Below, piece by piece: positions 21,056 to 31,665 of a stretch of DNA of 64,000 nt; the stretch's first letter is position 1, and each line of letters starts with the position of its first letter. The stretch covers positions 3,818 to 67,817 of the forward strand of contig LCNZ01000004.1 in NCBI GenBank assembly GCA_001002325.1. The letters are read 5' to 3'. Made by a program: the position numbers and the translations under genes. Below the pieces are notes generated by a model. That model saw nothing but the letters and a program-made list of their open reading frames with translations. It was not told where the DNA came from and did no database searches. The stretch comes from Candidatus Amesbacteria bacterium GW2011_GWB1_47_19 (GTDB taxonomy: Bacteria > Patescibacteriota > Microgenomatia > CAZETR01 > Amesbacteraceae).

Positions 21056-21841
21056 TCAGACCCCCCAACCTGCCGTAATTAACACTGTAGCAACAACCAC
21101 TCCTCCTATTGTAACGTATTCCCACAACATTCTGGGAAACAGCCGGTCAGCGAAGTAATGCTGGGTGATACCCAGCAGAATATACAACATCGTACACAAA
21201 AATAGGGAGGAAACAGTTATTGTGATCGGCCAAAAAGCTATTCCCATAGCCAACACTCCTACCAGGACGGCCTGCCAAAATGAGTACATTAATACCCCGC
21301 GATTTATTCGTTTCTCCAGTTTAACCGACCACAGTGCCGGCAACAATAACGCCCAACTGGCAGCCCAGACAAACACTCCCACTTCCCAAAATGGTAGCCT
21401 GAAAGACCAGATAGTGTCATACAGAAAAAAAGCTGTCACTAAAGTCATTACAAATCCTACTGCTGATGCCGCCCGCAGCAATGCGATAGTTCTTATCGCT
21501 GCCACCGAAAAAATGTTTGCTGACAGCAACAAAGCGTACTGCCCGACTCCGAAAAAGAGCATCACCGCTCCCCTCGCCCACCAGGACTGCGGCAGCAGAA
21601 TATAAAACAATCCCATCGACGCGGTAAACAAAACCGAAGGCAATGTCACCGTTATCCATTCAATTCCTGAGATGCCGTCTCTCAGACTCCATGCCGCCAG
21701 TACCCACGTTGCAGCGGAGAAAAGACCTATCAGCGGATATCTCCATTCCAGTGGTGCACTCTGGGCCAGCAACAAACCCACCCCCAAACCGGCGGCTGTC
21801 AACACCATTTTTTGCCGTTTACGCATAATTGGTCCAAACAT
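21056..21841 (-). CDS. Integral membrane protein (about 8 TM), unknown family
   Basis: Hydrophobic segments throughout. Overlaps yebC by 23 nt. Confidence 0.5.
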   Translation of the reverse strand: MFGPIMRKRQKMVLTAAGLGVGLLLAQSAPLEWRYPLIGLFSAATWVLAAWSLRDGISGIEWITVTLPSVLFTASMGLFYILLPQSWWARGAVMLFFGVGQYALLLSANIFSVAAIRTIALLRAASAVGFVMTLVTAFFLYDTIWSFRLPFWEVGVFVWAASWALLLPALWSVKLEKRINRGVLMYSFWQAVLVGVLAMGIAFWPITITVSSLFLCTMLYILLGITQHYFADRLFPRMLWEYVTIGGVVVATVLITAGWGV

Positions 21842-22562
21842 TGGTTACGTCGTCAAGTTCTGCTAACTGCTCGGCCAGTTTTTCTGCTTTTAACCGGGAA
21901 TCCGGTGGCAATTCCACAGGACTTTCAGGCTTCATCACCAACTCTGCCGAGTTGACCACATAGCCGCTGGAAGTCAATTTTTCCTTGACATTATACGTCT
22001 TATCCCTGTCACAGAAGATAAGATATCCTCCCTCGCCGTCTTCCTCAATTTCCAGTGCTCCCAAATCGATCAGTTCCAACTCCTGTGCCTCGTGAGTCTT
22101 TGGCGTCCTGTCCGCCCACCTGCAACTTATCATCCCCTTATGGTCAAATAAATATCCCACCGCTCCGCTGCTACCCAAACTTCCCCCGCCTTTATCCAGA
22201 GTCGTCCGTATTTGTTGTGAGGTCCGTAATTTATTATTTGTCAGGGTTTCTACCACCACCGCCGCTCCGCCAGGTAAAAACCCCTCAAAAACGGCTTCAA
22301 CCGGCTGTTCCCCTCCTCCGGTTCCCAACCCCTTGTCAATCGCCCTCTGAATATTATCTTTTGGCATATTGAACTGTTTGGCTCTGTCTACCGCCAGTCG
22401 CAGCCTAAAATTCTGATTTATATCCCCTATTCCGCCGCCGCTTTTAACTGCAATGGAAATTGCACCCGCCAGTTTGGTAAATATCGCACCTCTTTTAGCG
22501 TCTTTGACCCCCTTTTGGCGATGTATTGTTGCCCACTTTGAGTGCCCGGACATAGCACCCAA
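21819..22562 (-). CDS. yebC: YebC/PmpR-family transcriptional regulator
   Basis: N-terminal MSGHSKWATIHRQKGVKDAKRGAIFTKL. Confidence 0.85.
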   Translation of the reverse strand: MGAMSGHSKWATIHRQKGVKDAKRGAIFTKLAGAISIAVKSGGGIGDINQNFRLRLAVDRAKQFNMPKDNIQRAIDKGLGTGGGEQPVEAVFEGFLPGGAAVVVETLTNNKLRTSQQIRTTLDKGGGSLGSSGAVGYLFDHKGMISCRWADRTPKTHEAQELELIDLGALEIEEDGEGGYLIFCDRDKTYNVKEKLTSSGYVVNSAELVMKPESPVELPPDSRLKAEKLAEQLAELDDVTNVWTNYA

Positions 22563-22623
22563 TTATACCCCAACTGCCGGTTGACTTCCCATCAGTTCAC
22601 CGTATACTTTTCGGGTAAGCCTA

Positions 22624-23393
22624 TGGACGATACCGTACTCACCAACACCGCTGTCGGTGCAGCCATCAATCACGAATGGAAACTAGCCATCAAACTCAAT
22701 CTCCAACTAGTCAAACAAAACCCGAAAGACATCGAAGCTTTCAACCGTCTGGGTCGGGCGTATTTGGAAACCGGCCAAAAAACCAAGGCGGTCACATCCT
22801 ACAGACAGGTCCTTAAAACCGACCGCTTCAACCCCATCGCCATCCGCGGTCTGGATCAGGCTAAATCCCGTACCATCCATCTGTCGCCCTCTCCAAGATC
22901 CGACTCTCCGCTGCCGATGTTTTTGGAGGAACCGGGAGTGACCAAAATCTTAAATCTTGCCCGTCTGGGAGATCCGAAGACCCTTTCCACACTCCGTCCC
23001 GGGGACCGGGTATTCATCGTAGCCCGGGAACACTGTGTATCCGTCCTGTCACAAAACCGGGAGTACCTCGGTCGGCTACCCGATGACCTGGCTTCCCGGA
23101 TGCGGATATTCCTCAAATCCGGCAATACTTATTCTGCCTGGATCAAATCACTGGATTTACACAGCATCCACTCATCACAAACTTCTCTTAAAATATTCAT
23201 CAAGGAGACCCACCGTTCAACCAAATTTGCCACCACTCCCTCATTCCCGGTTACTGAAAAGCTGACTTATGCCGCTTTCACCCCCCCTGAGCTGGTTCAT
23301 GAAGAAAAACCTGACACCGCGGGTACCGGAGAGGAATCACCGGAATCGGAACCCCAGGCGAGGGTAGATACTGAATTTGAAGCCATGCCCTAG
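22624..23393 (+). CDS. TPR-repeat protein
   Basis: AINHEWKLAIKLNLQLVKQNPKDIEAFNRLGRAYLETGQKTKAVTSYRQVLK (TPR-like). ATG at 22624 preferred over the track start. Confidence 0.45.
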
Positions 23394-24226
23394 TCCCCTC
23401 CCAACCACCACCTTCGGTAGTCTTCTCCCAGTACCAGTTTGATTTCCCTTTTTTCCAGCGTATCGTTTTGACTGAATTTGCAGGCAAACATTCTCTGCAC
23501 CCAACCGGCCGTTATAGATTCCCTAGTTTCTGCGTCAGTCTCCACCCGGCAGCTGTCTGTCTTGTCCGCCTCACCATTGATCATCTCCACCTTCCCTCCT
23601 CCGCTTTCCAGCCACCGGGTAGCGTGTGCTCCCAAACCCGTCACTTCTGTCGCATTCACAACCGATATTTCCATAGCTTCTTCGATAATCTTCACCGCAC
23701 TGAACCTGTCCTTGAGTTGGGCAAACCAGTTCTCGTTTAACTCTCTGGTTTTTACCCCGTCTGCCGACTCTTTATTCCTCAGCCATCCCCCCTGACCCAA
23801 ATCTAACTCTTTCCATTCAGTCCCCTTTGACAAAACTCTCCACTGCCCTTCATCCCAACGGCTCCCTCTCTCGAATCTTCCGTTCCAGAAATATGCGGTA
23901 TAACCCACCCCCAAAGTATCGCTTACTGAATCCGCAGCCCATTTATGACCGTACTTGTCTCCCATTATCTGCATCACCTCCGCCCTCCACCGTCCCCTGC
24001 CGCCCACAGTATCTATTTCCACGTCACCCGGAATTGTTAACTTAATCCCGCTCTTCAGTCGGGCATCCAGACTCATCAACTCGATCAATCCGGATTCAAA
24101 ATTCAGGATAGTAAACCTTTCACCGCCCATCCATGTCCGGTTTCGGTATACATTTATGACGCTGACTGTTACCCATCCGACCACCATCACCACTCCCAAT
24201 CCGGTGATCAGAGGTCTGACCTTCAT
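23390..24226 (-). CDS. Membrane-anchored protein with LytR_C-like C-terminal domain
   Basis: N-terminal TM. ISVVNATEVTGLGAHATRWLESGGGKV resembles the LytR C-terminal domain. Confidence 0.45.
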   Translation of the reverse strand: MKVRPLITGLGVVMVVGWVTVSVINVYRNRTWMGGERFTILNFESGLIELMSLDARLKSGIKLTIPGDVEIDTVGGRGRWRAEVMQIMGDKYGHKWAADSVSDTLGVGYTAYFWNGRFERGSRWDEGQWRVLSKGTEWKELDLGQGGWLRNKESADGVKTRELNENWFAQLKDRFSAVKIIEEAMEISVVNATEVTGLGAHATRWLESGGGKVEMINGEADKTDSCRVETDAETRESITAGWVQRMFACKFSQNDTLEKREIKLVLGEDYRRWWLGGD

Positions 24227-25917
24227 GCCACTCCCAGTTTTTGTCGCTGCCTTGCGCCGTATCTGTCGATATAACCCGGGTCATGAATTTGTTGTTCCAG
24301 CATTTGTGCCAGGAATTCTCCCCCGATAGCATGCGGGACCAGTACGTAGTTAGCACCGGCTTTATACAATTTCCTGGCTTCCCCCGCTTCCCCGGCAGTT
24401 AGTATTACCAGTTGCTTCCGCCGGTTGTGCATTCTCCTCAATTCAGCCAGCATCTGCATTTCATCCCGAACATCCGGTACTGTGGACACGACAGCACTCG
24501 CCTGAGACAGGTTTAATATATCGTACAACTCATGATCTGTCATGTCACCATACACTACTCTGATCCCTTCCTCTTCTAGTTTCTCTACCACTGCCGGATT
24601 AAAATCCACTACCAGCACTGTCTGTCCTGATTTTTCCAGCACCGGCCTTATCAGGCCGCCGACCCGGTTATGACCGAACATCACTACATGCCCCGTAAGT
24701 TTATCCTCCCGTTCCTCCGGTAGTTTCTGTTTTCGTTCAAACCACCCGGCTATAAAACCGAATTTTTTGTATATCTTATTTGCGTGCATGATGAAATACG
24801 AGGATACGGTCATGGTAATCACCGCTACCAAAGTCAAAGTGCTCAAAACCTCTGCTCCCACTAGACCGGTTCGTACTGCCCGGGATAAAAGTATCAATGA
24901 AAATTCCGACACCTGGGCTACTGCCAGACTGGCAAAAAATACCGTCCGTTTACGGTAACCCAACCAGCCTAAGATTGCCATCAATATCAGCGGGCCGACT
25001 ATCAGCACATAACCGGAAAACAGAATTGTAGACAGGCCCAATCCGGTCAGTCTGCCGATGTCAATATTTGCTCCCAATGCTACAAAAAACCAGGTCAGGA
25101 AAAAATCCCGAAGCGGTCTCACCCGTGAAATAATCTGCGCCTGCTCCATGGCCGAAGCCAGAGTCAGTCCGGCCAAAAATCCCCCTATTTCCACGGAAAA
25201 ACCCACCGCACTTGAAGCTACTATCGCTGCCACCCCCAGACACCAGCTAATGGATCCGATAAACAACAATTCCGTGGATCCGGCTAAAAAGTCCACCGCC
25301 TTATGTACGACATTTTCCGACAGCCATACTGCCAAACCGATCATTACCACTGCTTTAACCAGCATTGCCGCCATCCGGCCCCAATCCACACCCGTCTCCC
25401 CCACCACGGACAATACCACCAGCAATCCGATTGCCACAAAATCCTGAACTAATAAATACCCTATGGTAATTTTTCCGTGTAAACTTTTTAAATCGCCTTT
25501 TTCCGACAGCAGCTTAACCACCACAATCGTACTTCCGAAAGTCAAACCGATACCTAGAAATACCGAGGCCAGAACCGAAAATCCCAAAGCGTATGCCAGA
25601 CCGAATCCCAGACCCATGGTAATTACAATCTGGCCCACTCCGGTCACCAGGGCCGCGCGGCCGATCTTCTTCAATTCCGCTATCGGTAATTCCAGGCCTA
25701 CCAGAAACAACAGCAGTGTTACCCCCACCTGCCCCATCAAATCTACCATTGCTTTGATGGACTGGGGGTGTCCGGTTATCCCGGACCACACCACCGAAAT
25801 CCCCAATCCTACCACCAGATACCCCAGCATTACCGGCTGTTTTAAAAGTTTTGCCGCTACTCCGCCTAACGCCGCCAATACCAGAATCGCGGCCATCCCG
25901 CCAAATGTTTCAGTCAT
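24223..25917 (-). CDS. Monovalent cation:proton antiporter (CPA2, Kef-type) with TrkA-N (RCK) domain
   Basis: About 12 TM, then VVMFGHNRVGG...VVDFNPAVVEKLEEEGIRVVYGD Rossmann RCK domain. Confidence 0.8.
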   Translation of the reverse strand: MTETFGGMAAILVLAALGGVAAKLLKQPVMLGYLVVGLGISVVWSGITGHPQSIKAMVDLMGQVGVTLLLFLVGLELPIAELKKIGRAALVTGVGQIVITMGLGFGLAYALGFSVLASVFLGIGLTFGSTIVVVKLLSEKGDLKSLHGKITIGYLLVQDFVAIGLLVVLSVVGETGVDWGRMAAMLVKAVVMIGLAVWLSENVVHKAVDFLAGSTELLFIGSISWCLGVAAIVASSAVGFSVEIGGFLAGLTLASAMEQAQIISRVRPLRDFFLTWFFVALGANIDIGRLTGLGLSTILFSGYVLIVGPLILMAILGWLGYRKRTVFFASLAVAQVSEFSLILLSRAVRTGLVGAEVLSTLTLVAVITMTVSSYFIMHANKIYKKFGFIAGWFERKQKLPEEREDKLTGHVVMFGHNRVGGLIRPVLEKSGQTVLVVDFNPAVVEKLEEEGIRVVYGDMTDHELYDILNLSQASAVVSTVPDVRDEMQMLAELRRMHNRRKQLVILTAGEAGEARKLYKAGANYVLVPHAIGGEFLAQMLEQQIHDPGYIDRYGARQRQKLGVA

Positions 25918-26642
25918 CAGCTAAGTGTAGCAAAAATTCCTTTCTCAATCACTGCCTTCAGCTCCGCCGGCAATTCGGCTTCAAACTTCATTATCTGCCC
26001 CGAGACCGGATGAGTAATCACCAGTGTACCGGCATGCAAAAACAACCGCGGGCACCACTCTTTAGTTTGGATTGCTCTTTTCCGGTGGTCATACAAACTG
26101 TCGCCTACTATCGGGAACCCCAGATATGCCAGGTGCACCCGCAACTGATGAGTTCTGCCGGTTACCGGTGTCAGCTCCACCAGCGAATACCGGTCTTTTG
26201 CAAATCGCCTGATAGTCCTCCACTCGGTAATTGCCGTCCTTGACTTGTCCTCCCCCACTGTAAACTTGGTCTTGTTGCGAGGATTTCTCACCACCGGCAA
26301 AGACGCCACCCCTGCTGCGGGCTGCATTTTCCCGTTAACCAGGGCAATATAAGTCTTCTGGGTCCGTCTGTTCAAAAACTGATCTTTTAATTTCTCATAT
26401 GTTTCCGGGGTTTTGGCTAATATCAGTATTCCACTGGTATCCTTATCCAACCGATGCACCACCCCCCCTTTCTGAACAAACTCCTCATCAGATTTGAGTT
26501 TTGAATTTTGAGATTTGAGTTTAGGCGCAAACCACTCCTGGACAGTCACATCTTTTACGCTTTGCGCCTTGTTGACCACCATCCCTGCCGGTTTGTCCAC
26601 CACCACCAAACTCTCATCTTCAAAAATAATTTTAGGTTCCAT
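25917..26642 (-). CDS. RluA-family pseudouridine synthase
   Basis: HRLDKDTSGILILAKT catalytic-Asp motif. Confidence 0.8.
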   Translation of the reverse strand: MEPKIIFEDESLVVVDKPAGMVVNKAQSVKDVTVQEWFAPKLKSQNSKLKSDEEFVQKGGVVHRLDKDTSGILILAKTPETYEKLKDQFLNRRTQKTYIALVNGKMQPAAGVASLPVVRNPRNKTKFTVGEDKSRTAITEWRTIRRFAKDRYSLVELTPVTGRTHQLRVHLAYLGFPIVGDSLYDHRKRAIQTKEWCPRLFLHAGTLVITHPVSGQIMKFEAELPAELKAVIEKGIFATLS

Positions 26643-26645
26643 GGA

Positions 26646-27050
26646 CTATTTTTCTCTTTTCTTCTCGCAGTCCACACACCAGGTCGTTTCCGGCATAATC
26701 ATCAGCCTGTCGGTATCAATCATCTTGCCGCAACTCTCGCAGACACCGTAACGTCCGATCTTGATTTGAGTCAGGGCTTTTCTAATTTGGATCATACTTC
26801 TGTCCAGGGTCTGCTTTACCGCTGATACACGCATATGACCTACCCGCTCCGCTGCATCCGCATCTATAGCCGCATTGTCATTCAACCTGGACACATCGGC
26901 AAAAGGATCTTCACTGGAAAATTGTTTCTTCCTTTTTTCCAGTCCGAACAACCGGGATGACAGGTACTGTTTCACCGGCCGTAGCACCTCCTCCGGGTAT
27001 CGGATCATAGCCGGTTTTTGCTTATTTATTTTCTTATTCTTCTTAGCCAT
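26646..27050 (-). CDS. DksA/TraR-family C4 zinc-finger protein
   Basis: CESCGKMIDTDRLMIMPETTWCVDCE. Start chosen at MAKKNKK. Confidence 0.65.
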   Translation of the reverse strand: MAKKNKKINKQKPAMIRYPEEVLRPVKQYLSSRLFGLEKRKKQFSSEDPFADVSRLNDNAAIDADAAERVGHMRVSAVKQTLDRSMIQIRKALTQIKIGRYGVCESCGKMIDTDRLMIMPETTWCVDCEKKREK

Positions 27051-27688
27051 ATACCCGTCCTGATGCCAAACTCCCGTCCGGCTCTGGCGTAAACTGCTCC
27101 TGCCCCGGCGGCTGTCAGCCAAGCGGCCAGCCATTGTTCTGGCTTCAACCCGACCCAGTATATATTACCCTCTGTCGGGAATGCAACCACCAGCCCTCCC
27201 AGCCATCCCCACATCCAGCAGAATAATCCTACCAGACCCGGTTTACCGCTTTTGTACCATCTGAAAGTGCGGTACTTACTTTTAACCCATTGCGAAATAA
27301 CCCAGCCGATCCCGAATATAATCGCATTAGGCCATCTTTGACCGGCATCGGTCAGACTGATACCCGTCCCCGCTGCCAGTACCCATGGTCCGATCGCATC
27401 CGCCCATTCCCAAAAGTCCCATTCCCTCCTCCGGCATAACCACCACCACATCCCGGTTGCCGTTGCCGCACCGCCCTCCCACCACCAACCCCAATGTCCC
27501 CAAACCAATCTTGCCCCGGCCAATGCCCCGACTGCAAACCCCACTGTCAATCGAAGACTCATCCCCAATATCTTTTCCGATTCGTACTCCGAACGCATCT
27601 TTCTCCACACGCCGAATACCGCCCACATTACGACCAAAAACACTATTCCTCCCCTGATATATTCCGCCCACCTGTCTACCGGAAACAT
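27026..27688 (-). CDS. Trp-rich polytopic membrane protein, possibly Lgt-like
   Basis: About 12% Trp (GHWGWWWEGG, GMWWWL). Loose resemblance to the Lgt N-terminus and the DxxxP...G segment. The Lgt signature GRxGNFxNxE is not found. Confidence 0.35.
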   Translation of the reverse strand: MFPVDRWAEYIRGGIVFLVVMWAVFGVWRKMRSEYESEKILGMSLRLTVGFAVGALAGARLVWGHWGWWWEGGAATATGMWWWLCRRREWDFWEWADAIGPWVLAAGTGISLTDAGQRWPNAIIFGIGWVISQWVKSKYRTFRWYKSGKPGLVGLFCWMWGWLGGLVVAFPTEGNIYWVGLKPEQWLAAWLTAAGAGAVYARAGREFGIRTGIWLRRIRK

Positions 27689-27704
27689 TTACAAATCATA
27701 CCAC

Positions 27705-28271
27705 TTATTTAGCTCTCTCCACGTAACTTCCGTCCCGGGTATCCACCACTACGCCATCCCCCTCTTTGATAAACAGTGGTACTTTCACATTCAACCCGTT
27801 TTCCAACACTGCTTGCTTAAACATATTGGAAACACTGTTCCCCTTCACTCCGGGATCAGTCTGGCTGACTGTAAACTGCATTTTCGGCGGTAGCTCAATC
27901 CATAACGGCCGTTGATCCCAAAACAAAACAATGACCTGAACCTCTTCCGTCAGATACGGTGCGCTCTCCCCTACTACATCACCCGGCAACGTCACCTGTT
28001 CATAAGTTTTAGGGTCCATAAACACAAAGTCTTTTCCGTCCTGATATAGGTACTGCATTGGTCGGCGTATGGTATCAATTTCTTCCACCTTGGCGGAATT
28101 GATAAAACTTTTATCCAATATTGTTCCCGTCAACAGATTCTTCACTCTCACCCGGATGGTCGCAGATCCCCGGCCCATTTTGATGTGTTCATACTTTTGG
28201 ACCATAAACGGCTGTCCGTCCAGAACGAATGTCGTCCCCGCCCTCAATTCCTGCACTGCAATATTGGCCAT
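27705..28271 (-). CDS. efp: Elongation factor P
   Basis: MANIAVQELRAGTTFVLDGQPFMVQKYEHIKMGRGSATIRVRVKNLLTG. Confidence 0.9.
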   Translation of the reverse strand: MANIAVQELRAGTTFVLDGQPFMVQKYEHIKMGRGSATIRVRVKNLLTGTILDKSFINSAKVEEIDTIRRPMQYLYQDGKDFVFMDPKTYEQVTLPGDVVGESAPYLTEEVQVIVLFWDQRPLWIELPPKMQFTVSQTDPGVKGNSVSNMFKQAVLENGLNVKVPLFIKEGDGVVVDTRDGSYVERAK

Positions 28272-28278
28272 ATCCCGC

Positions 28279-29289
28279 TTATTTTACCAAATATATTGAG
28301 GCTTTACGGCCTGAAATCAGCACGTCCCGGCGCATTTCAATTTCCAATTGCCCTGTTGTGGCCGCTGCTCCCTCAAGTACGTCTCTGGCCGCTGTCAGAA
28401 TCACCATTTTCCCCCCGTCAGCCAAAACCCGGACAAATTCTTTCATCATTCCCGGATACAATCGGCTGATGTTAATTCCCCTGTCAAAATTACCCCAGGG
28501 CGGATCGGTAATAATTTTGTCCACTGTACCTTTTTCTAAATCCGTCAGGTTTGTGGCATCCGACTGCCTGATAATTATCCTCTTGTCCTTTCCGAACCTC
28601 TTTCTCAATAAGCGGATTTTTTCCGGGTCCGTATCCATAGACCACATCTGCCTGAATTTTCCCCGCCCTTGGGCTGCGGCCGCAATCGCTCCGTATCCGG
28701 CAAAAGCATCCAAAATTATTTCATCGTCCGTCAAGTCGGCCAGTCTCACCAGTATTTCCGCTACTTCCGGCCTTAATTCTCCCGCATGAAATATTTCTTT
28801 CGATTCGGGGTGTTTATTTAGCTTCAATCCCAAATAACCTATGCCTTCACTCCTGTAAAAACCGGAAATTTCCACCTCCGGTGAGGTTCTGTCTACCAAC
28901 TCCCTGTTTGATATCCACTTCTCCATTGCAGTCAACAGTTGTTTTTCGACGTGAGCAGGGTGATTGCGGTCGTACAACATAATCCTGTATGTCAGCTTGG
29001 ACCGGGAAATGTGTCTTAATTCGTCCCATACCTGCTTTCCATTACTACGCAAATAACCCGTTACTTTTCGGACGAATTCATCAAAATTCCGGCAGTTCAA
29101 TACAGCCAGTTTTTTATAAGAATTATTAAAGTATTTCAGTTGCCTGATCTCGTCCGGTGTTTTCTGCGCCTCATATACAATCAAACCGTCCAGCAGCTTC
29201 AAAACCCCGGCTCCCGTATCCTGCCGCAAGAACTTTTCCACCAACTCCCCTCCCCCGGCAATATATGTAGAGAAATAAATACCCTTCAT
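28279..29289 (-). CDS. THUMP-domain RNA methyltransferase (putative m2G-type)
   Basis: LDAFAGYGAIAAAAQG (SAM motif I) and ITDPPWG (motif IV), with an N-terminal THUMP-like region. Confidence 0.6.
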   Translation of the reverse strand: MKGIYFSTYIAGGGELVEKFLRQDTGAGVLKLLDGLIVYEAQKTPDEIRQLKYFNNSYKKLAVLNCRNFDEFVRKVTGYLRSNGKQVWDELRHISRSKLTYRIMLYDRNHPAHVEKQLLTAMEKWISNRELVDRTSPEVEISGFYRSEGIGYLGLKLNKHPESKEIFHAGELRPEVAEILVRLADLTDDEIILDAFAGYGAIAAAAQGRGKFRQMWSMDTDPEKIRLLRKRFGKDKRIIIRQSDATNLTDLEKGTVDKIITDPPWGNFDRGINISRLYPGMMKEFVRVLADGGKMVILTAARDVLEGAAATTGQLEIEMRRDVLISGRKASIYLVK

Positions 29290-29313
29290 AGACTATAATT
29301 ATATTCCAATCCG

Positions 29314-29398
29314 GCCGGGGTGCTGAAATGGTAAACAGGCTGGTCTCAAAAACCAGTGGGCCTAAAAGCCTATGTGGGTTCGACTCCCTCCCCCGGCA
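29314..29398 (+). tRNA. tRNA-Leu, anticodon CAA
   Basis: Acceptor stem GCCGGGG/CCCCGGC. Anticodon stem CTGGT/ACCAG with loop CTCAAAA. Long variable arm (type II). T-loop TTCGACT. Discriminator A. CCA not encoded. Confidence 0.8.
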
Positions 29399-29605
29399 CT
29401 CACCCTATTACTTTTTACCAACCCGGGGATGATACTCTGTCTGTTTCCGGCCGAACATTTCCCTCACAAAATTCACGTACAACCACCAGACATATCTTAA
29501 ATCATTCCAAAGATTTTCTCGCTCCCCCAACCTCTCTGCTTTGGAAATATCTTCTGCCATGTTTTCCCACATTTGATTTCGTTCCATAACATAAATTATA
29601 CTCTC

Positions 29606-30928
29606 TTAACTCGCTTTTCTTTTTCCCTCCACCCCATAAAACTTGATCCTGTCGCCTTTGAAACGCAGCTTTATTGATCTTAATGGACCGTTTCTGTGTT
29701 TGGCTATATCCAGGGTCATATTCTCCATATCCTCCTCGTTTTCCCGCCACATAAACATCACCACATCCGCATCCTGCTCAATCGCTCCGGATTCCCGCAG
29801 ATCGGCCAGCTGGGGCTTCTTTATCCCCCTGGCTTCTACTTGCCGCGACAATTGGGACAGAGCCAGTACCGGTATTTTCAGTTCCCGCGCCAGATTTTTC
29901 AGCCCTTGGGAAATTTCGGACACCTCGGCCACCCGGTTATCCAGATTGCGTACCGGCCTCGCCAGCTGCAAATAATCCACTATAATCAGCCGCAGACCGT
30001 GCTCCGCCTGTAGTCTCCTCGCTTTGGTCCGCATTTCCAGAATTGACATCCCCGGAGTATCATCAATATACAGCGGCGTCTCATACAATTCCCCCATGGC
30101 ATCGGAAAGTTTGGAAAATTCTTCCTCGTCCAGCCGGCCGGTTTTCATTTTCCAGGCATCGATTTCCGCCTGTGACACAAGCAATCTGTCCATCAATTCC
30201 TCCCGGCTCATTTCCAGTGAGAAAAACCCCACCGGAAGCCGGTATTTAAAAGCTGTATGCTGTGCAATATTCAAAGCCAGTGCTGTTTTTCCGACCCCGG
30301 GTCTGGCCGCCAATATCAACAGGTTCGAGTCCTGCATCCCTGCCAGCGTGTCATCCAAATCGGAATAACCGGTAGGTACCCCCCTTAGGCTTCCTGCAGT
30401 CTTGTGCAATTCATCCAGCCGGTCAAATGATTCAGTCAGAATATTTTTCACCGGTACGAACACTTGTTTGAGGTGTTGTTGAGCCAGCGAAAATACGCTC
30501 TGTTCAGCCGCATCCAATATCTGCCTCACATCTCCGCCCTGATCAAATGCCATATCCGATATTTTGGCTGCTGTGGAAATCAGCATCCGTTTGGTGTAAT
30601 TATCTTTTACCAGACGGCCGTAATGCTCGGCATGGGCTGCAGTCGGCACTCTGTTTAATAATCCCACCAAATATGCCGAACCCCCCACCTCGGTCAGAAC
30701 CTTTTTTTTCTTCAGTCTCTCTGTCACTGACACCACGTCTATAGGCTCCCGCTCCTGATACAGGTCTACTACCGCTGAAAAAATTTCTTGATGCTTGTTT
30801 TCATAAAAATGCTCAGGCTGTAAAAACTCCACCACCGCTATGACCGCATCCCGGTCCAAAAGCAACGCCCCGATAACCGATTGTTCAGCTTCCGGAGAAT
30901 GTGGTGGAACCTTCATTCCCGACGTCAT
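29606..30928 (-). CDS. dnaB: Replicative DNA helicase
   Basis: N-terminal PHSPEAEQSVIGALLLD and Walker/RecA-like C-terminal domain. 440 aa. Confidence 0.9.
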   Translation of the reverse strand: MTSGMKVPPHSPEAEQSVIGALLLDRDAVIAVVEFLQPEHFYENKHQEIFSAVVDLYQEREPIDVVSVTERLKKKKVLTEVGGSAYLVGLLNRVPTAAHAEHYGRLVKDNYTKRMLISTAAKISDMAFDQGGDVRQILDAAEQSVFSLAQQHLKQVFVPVKNILTESFDRLDELHKTAGSLRGVPTGYSDLDDTLAGMQDSNLLILAARPGVGKTALALNIAQHTAFKYRLPVGFFSLEMSREELMDRLLVSQAEIDAWKMKTGRLDEEEFSKLSDAMGELYETPLYIDDTPGMSILEMRTKARRLQAEHGLRLIIVDYLQLARPVRNLDNRVAEVSEISQGLKNLARELKIPVLALSQLSRQVEARGIKKPQLADLRESGAIEQDADVVMFMWRENEEDMENMTLDIAKHRNGPLRSIKLRFKGDRIKFYGVEGKRKAS

Positions 30929-30943
30929 AATGCCCCCAATATA

Positions 30944-31600
30944 CTATTTTCTCTCCAATACCACCACCTGCATTTCTCCCGGCAGTCGGTCGGAAGATAT
31001 TGTCAGCTTTGGTATGGGTTGAATTCCTGGTTTCCCCATTTCCTTTAGGAATTCCTCCACTCCTGTCAGCTGCCCGAATATGCCTGAGTCCAGCCCCGGC
31101 TGCTGATAGTGCATCGGAATTACCACCCAGGGATCCGGCTGTTTCACCACCTCCGCCGCTGTTTTGGCGTCCAGAGTATATACTCCGCCGATTGGCACCA
31201 GCAATACATCTACCTGCCCCATATCTTCCAGCTGTTCCCTGGTCAGTTTATGCCCCAAATCCCCAGCATGCGCTATCCGTAACCCGTCTATCTCGATTAC
31301 GAAAATCGTATTTATTCCCCGCTCCTTACCCTCCTGATCATCATGCCAGGTAGGAATTCCCACTACCGACACTCCGCCCACTTCATACTCTCCCGGCCCG
31401 TCTATCACAAATCCCGCTTTTACCAGACCGGCCTGATTATGGTCAGAATGGTTATGTGATATTGTCAGGAGATTTGCAGTCTGATCTTTGGGAAATTTAC
31501 CGGCTTTTTCGTCATACGGATCCGTAATCACTACCGAGGACTTGCCTTTTATCCTGAAAGCCGAATGACCCAAATAATATATTTCCACAAACCCAAACAT
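30944..31600 (-). CDS. MBL-fold metal-dependent hydrolase
   Basis: SHNHSDHNQ (HxHxDH) and AHAGDLGH motifs. Confidence 0.7.
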   Translation of the reverse strand: MFGFVEIYYLGHSAFRIKGKSSVVITDPYDEKAGKFPKDQTANLLTISHNHSDHNQAGLVKAGFVIDGPGEYEVGGVSVVGIPTWHDDQEGKERGINTIFVIEIDGLRIAHAGDLGHKLTREQLEDMGQVDVLLVPIGGVYTLDAKTAAEVVKQPDPWVVIPMHYQQPGLDSGIFGQLTGVEEFLKEMGKPGIQPIPKLTISSDRLPGEMQVVVLERK

Positions 31601-31665
31601 ACACTACCCTGTCCAACTTGACAATACCGGACCCGTCGGTTAATCTTCACCTGAATAAAAAGCCC

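Noticed and set aside
20729-21082. Plus-strand 117-aa ORF overlapping the small minus-strand ORF
   Set aside because: Its translation is proline- and aromatic-rich with no coupling signal. The minus-strand ORF starts 2 nt after the upstream stop codon and is the more plausible gene. Both remain low confidence.
19416-21841. Prophage or integrative element around the Xer recombinase
   Set aside because: No phage structural, replication or transposase genes were found. The flanking genes are a membrane protein, yebC and a Nudix regulator, and Xer is a normal chromosomal housekeeping recombinase. Only the adjacent non-coding stretch is odd.
26480-26530. Tandem tttgag(a/t)tt repeats suggestive of a repeat element
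   Set aside because: They lie inside the rluA-family gene, in frame, encoding a KLKSQNSKLKSDEE insertion. This is a short coding microsatellite, not a CRISPR or mobile repeat.
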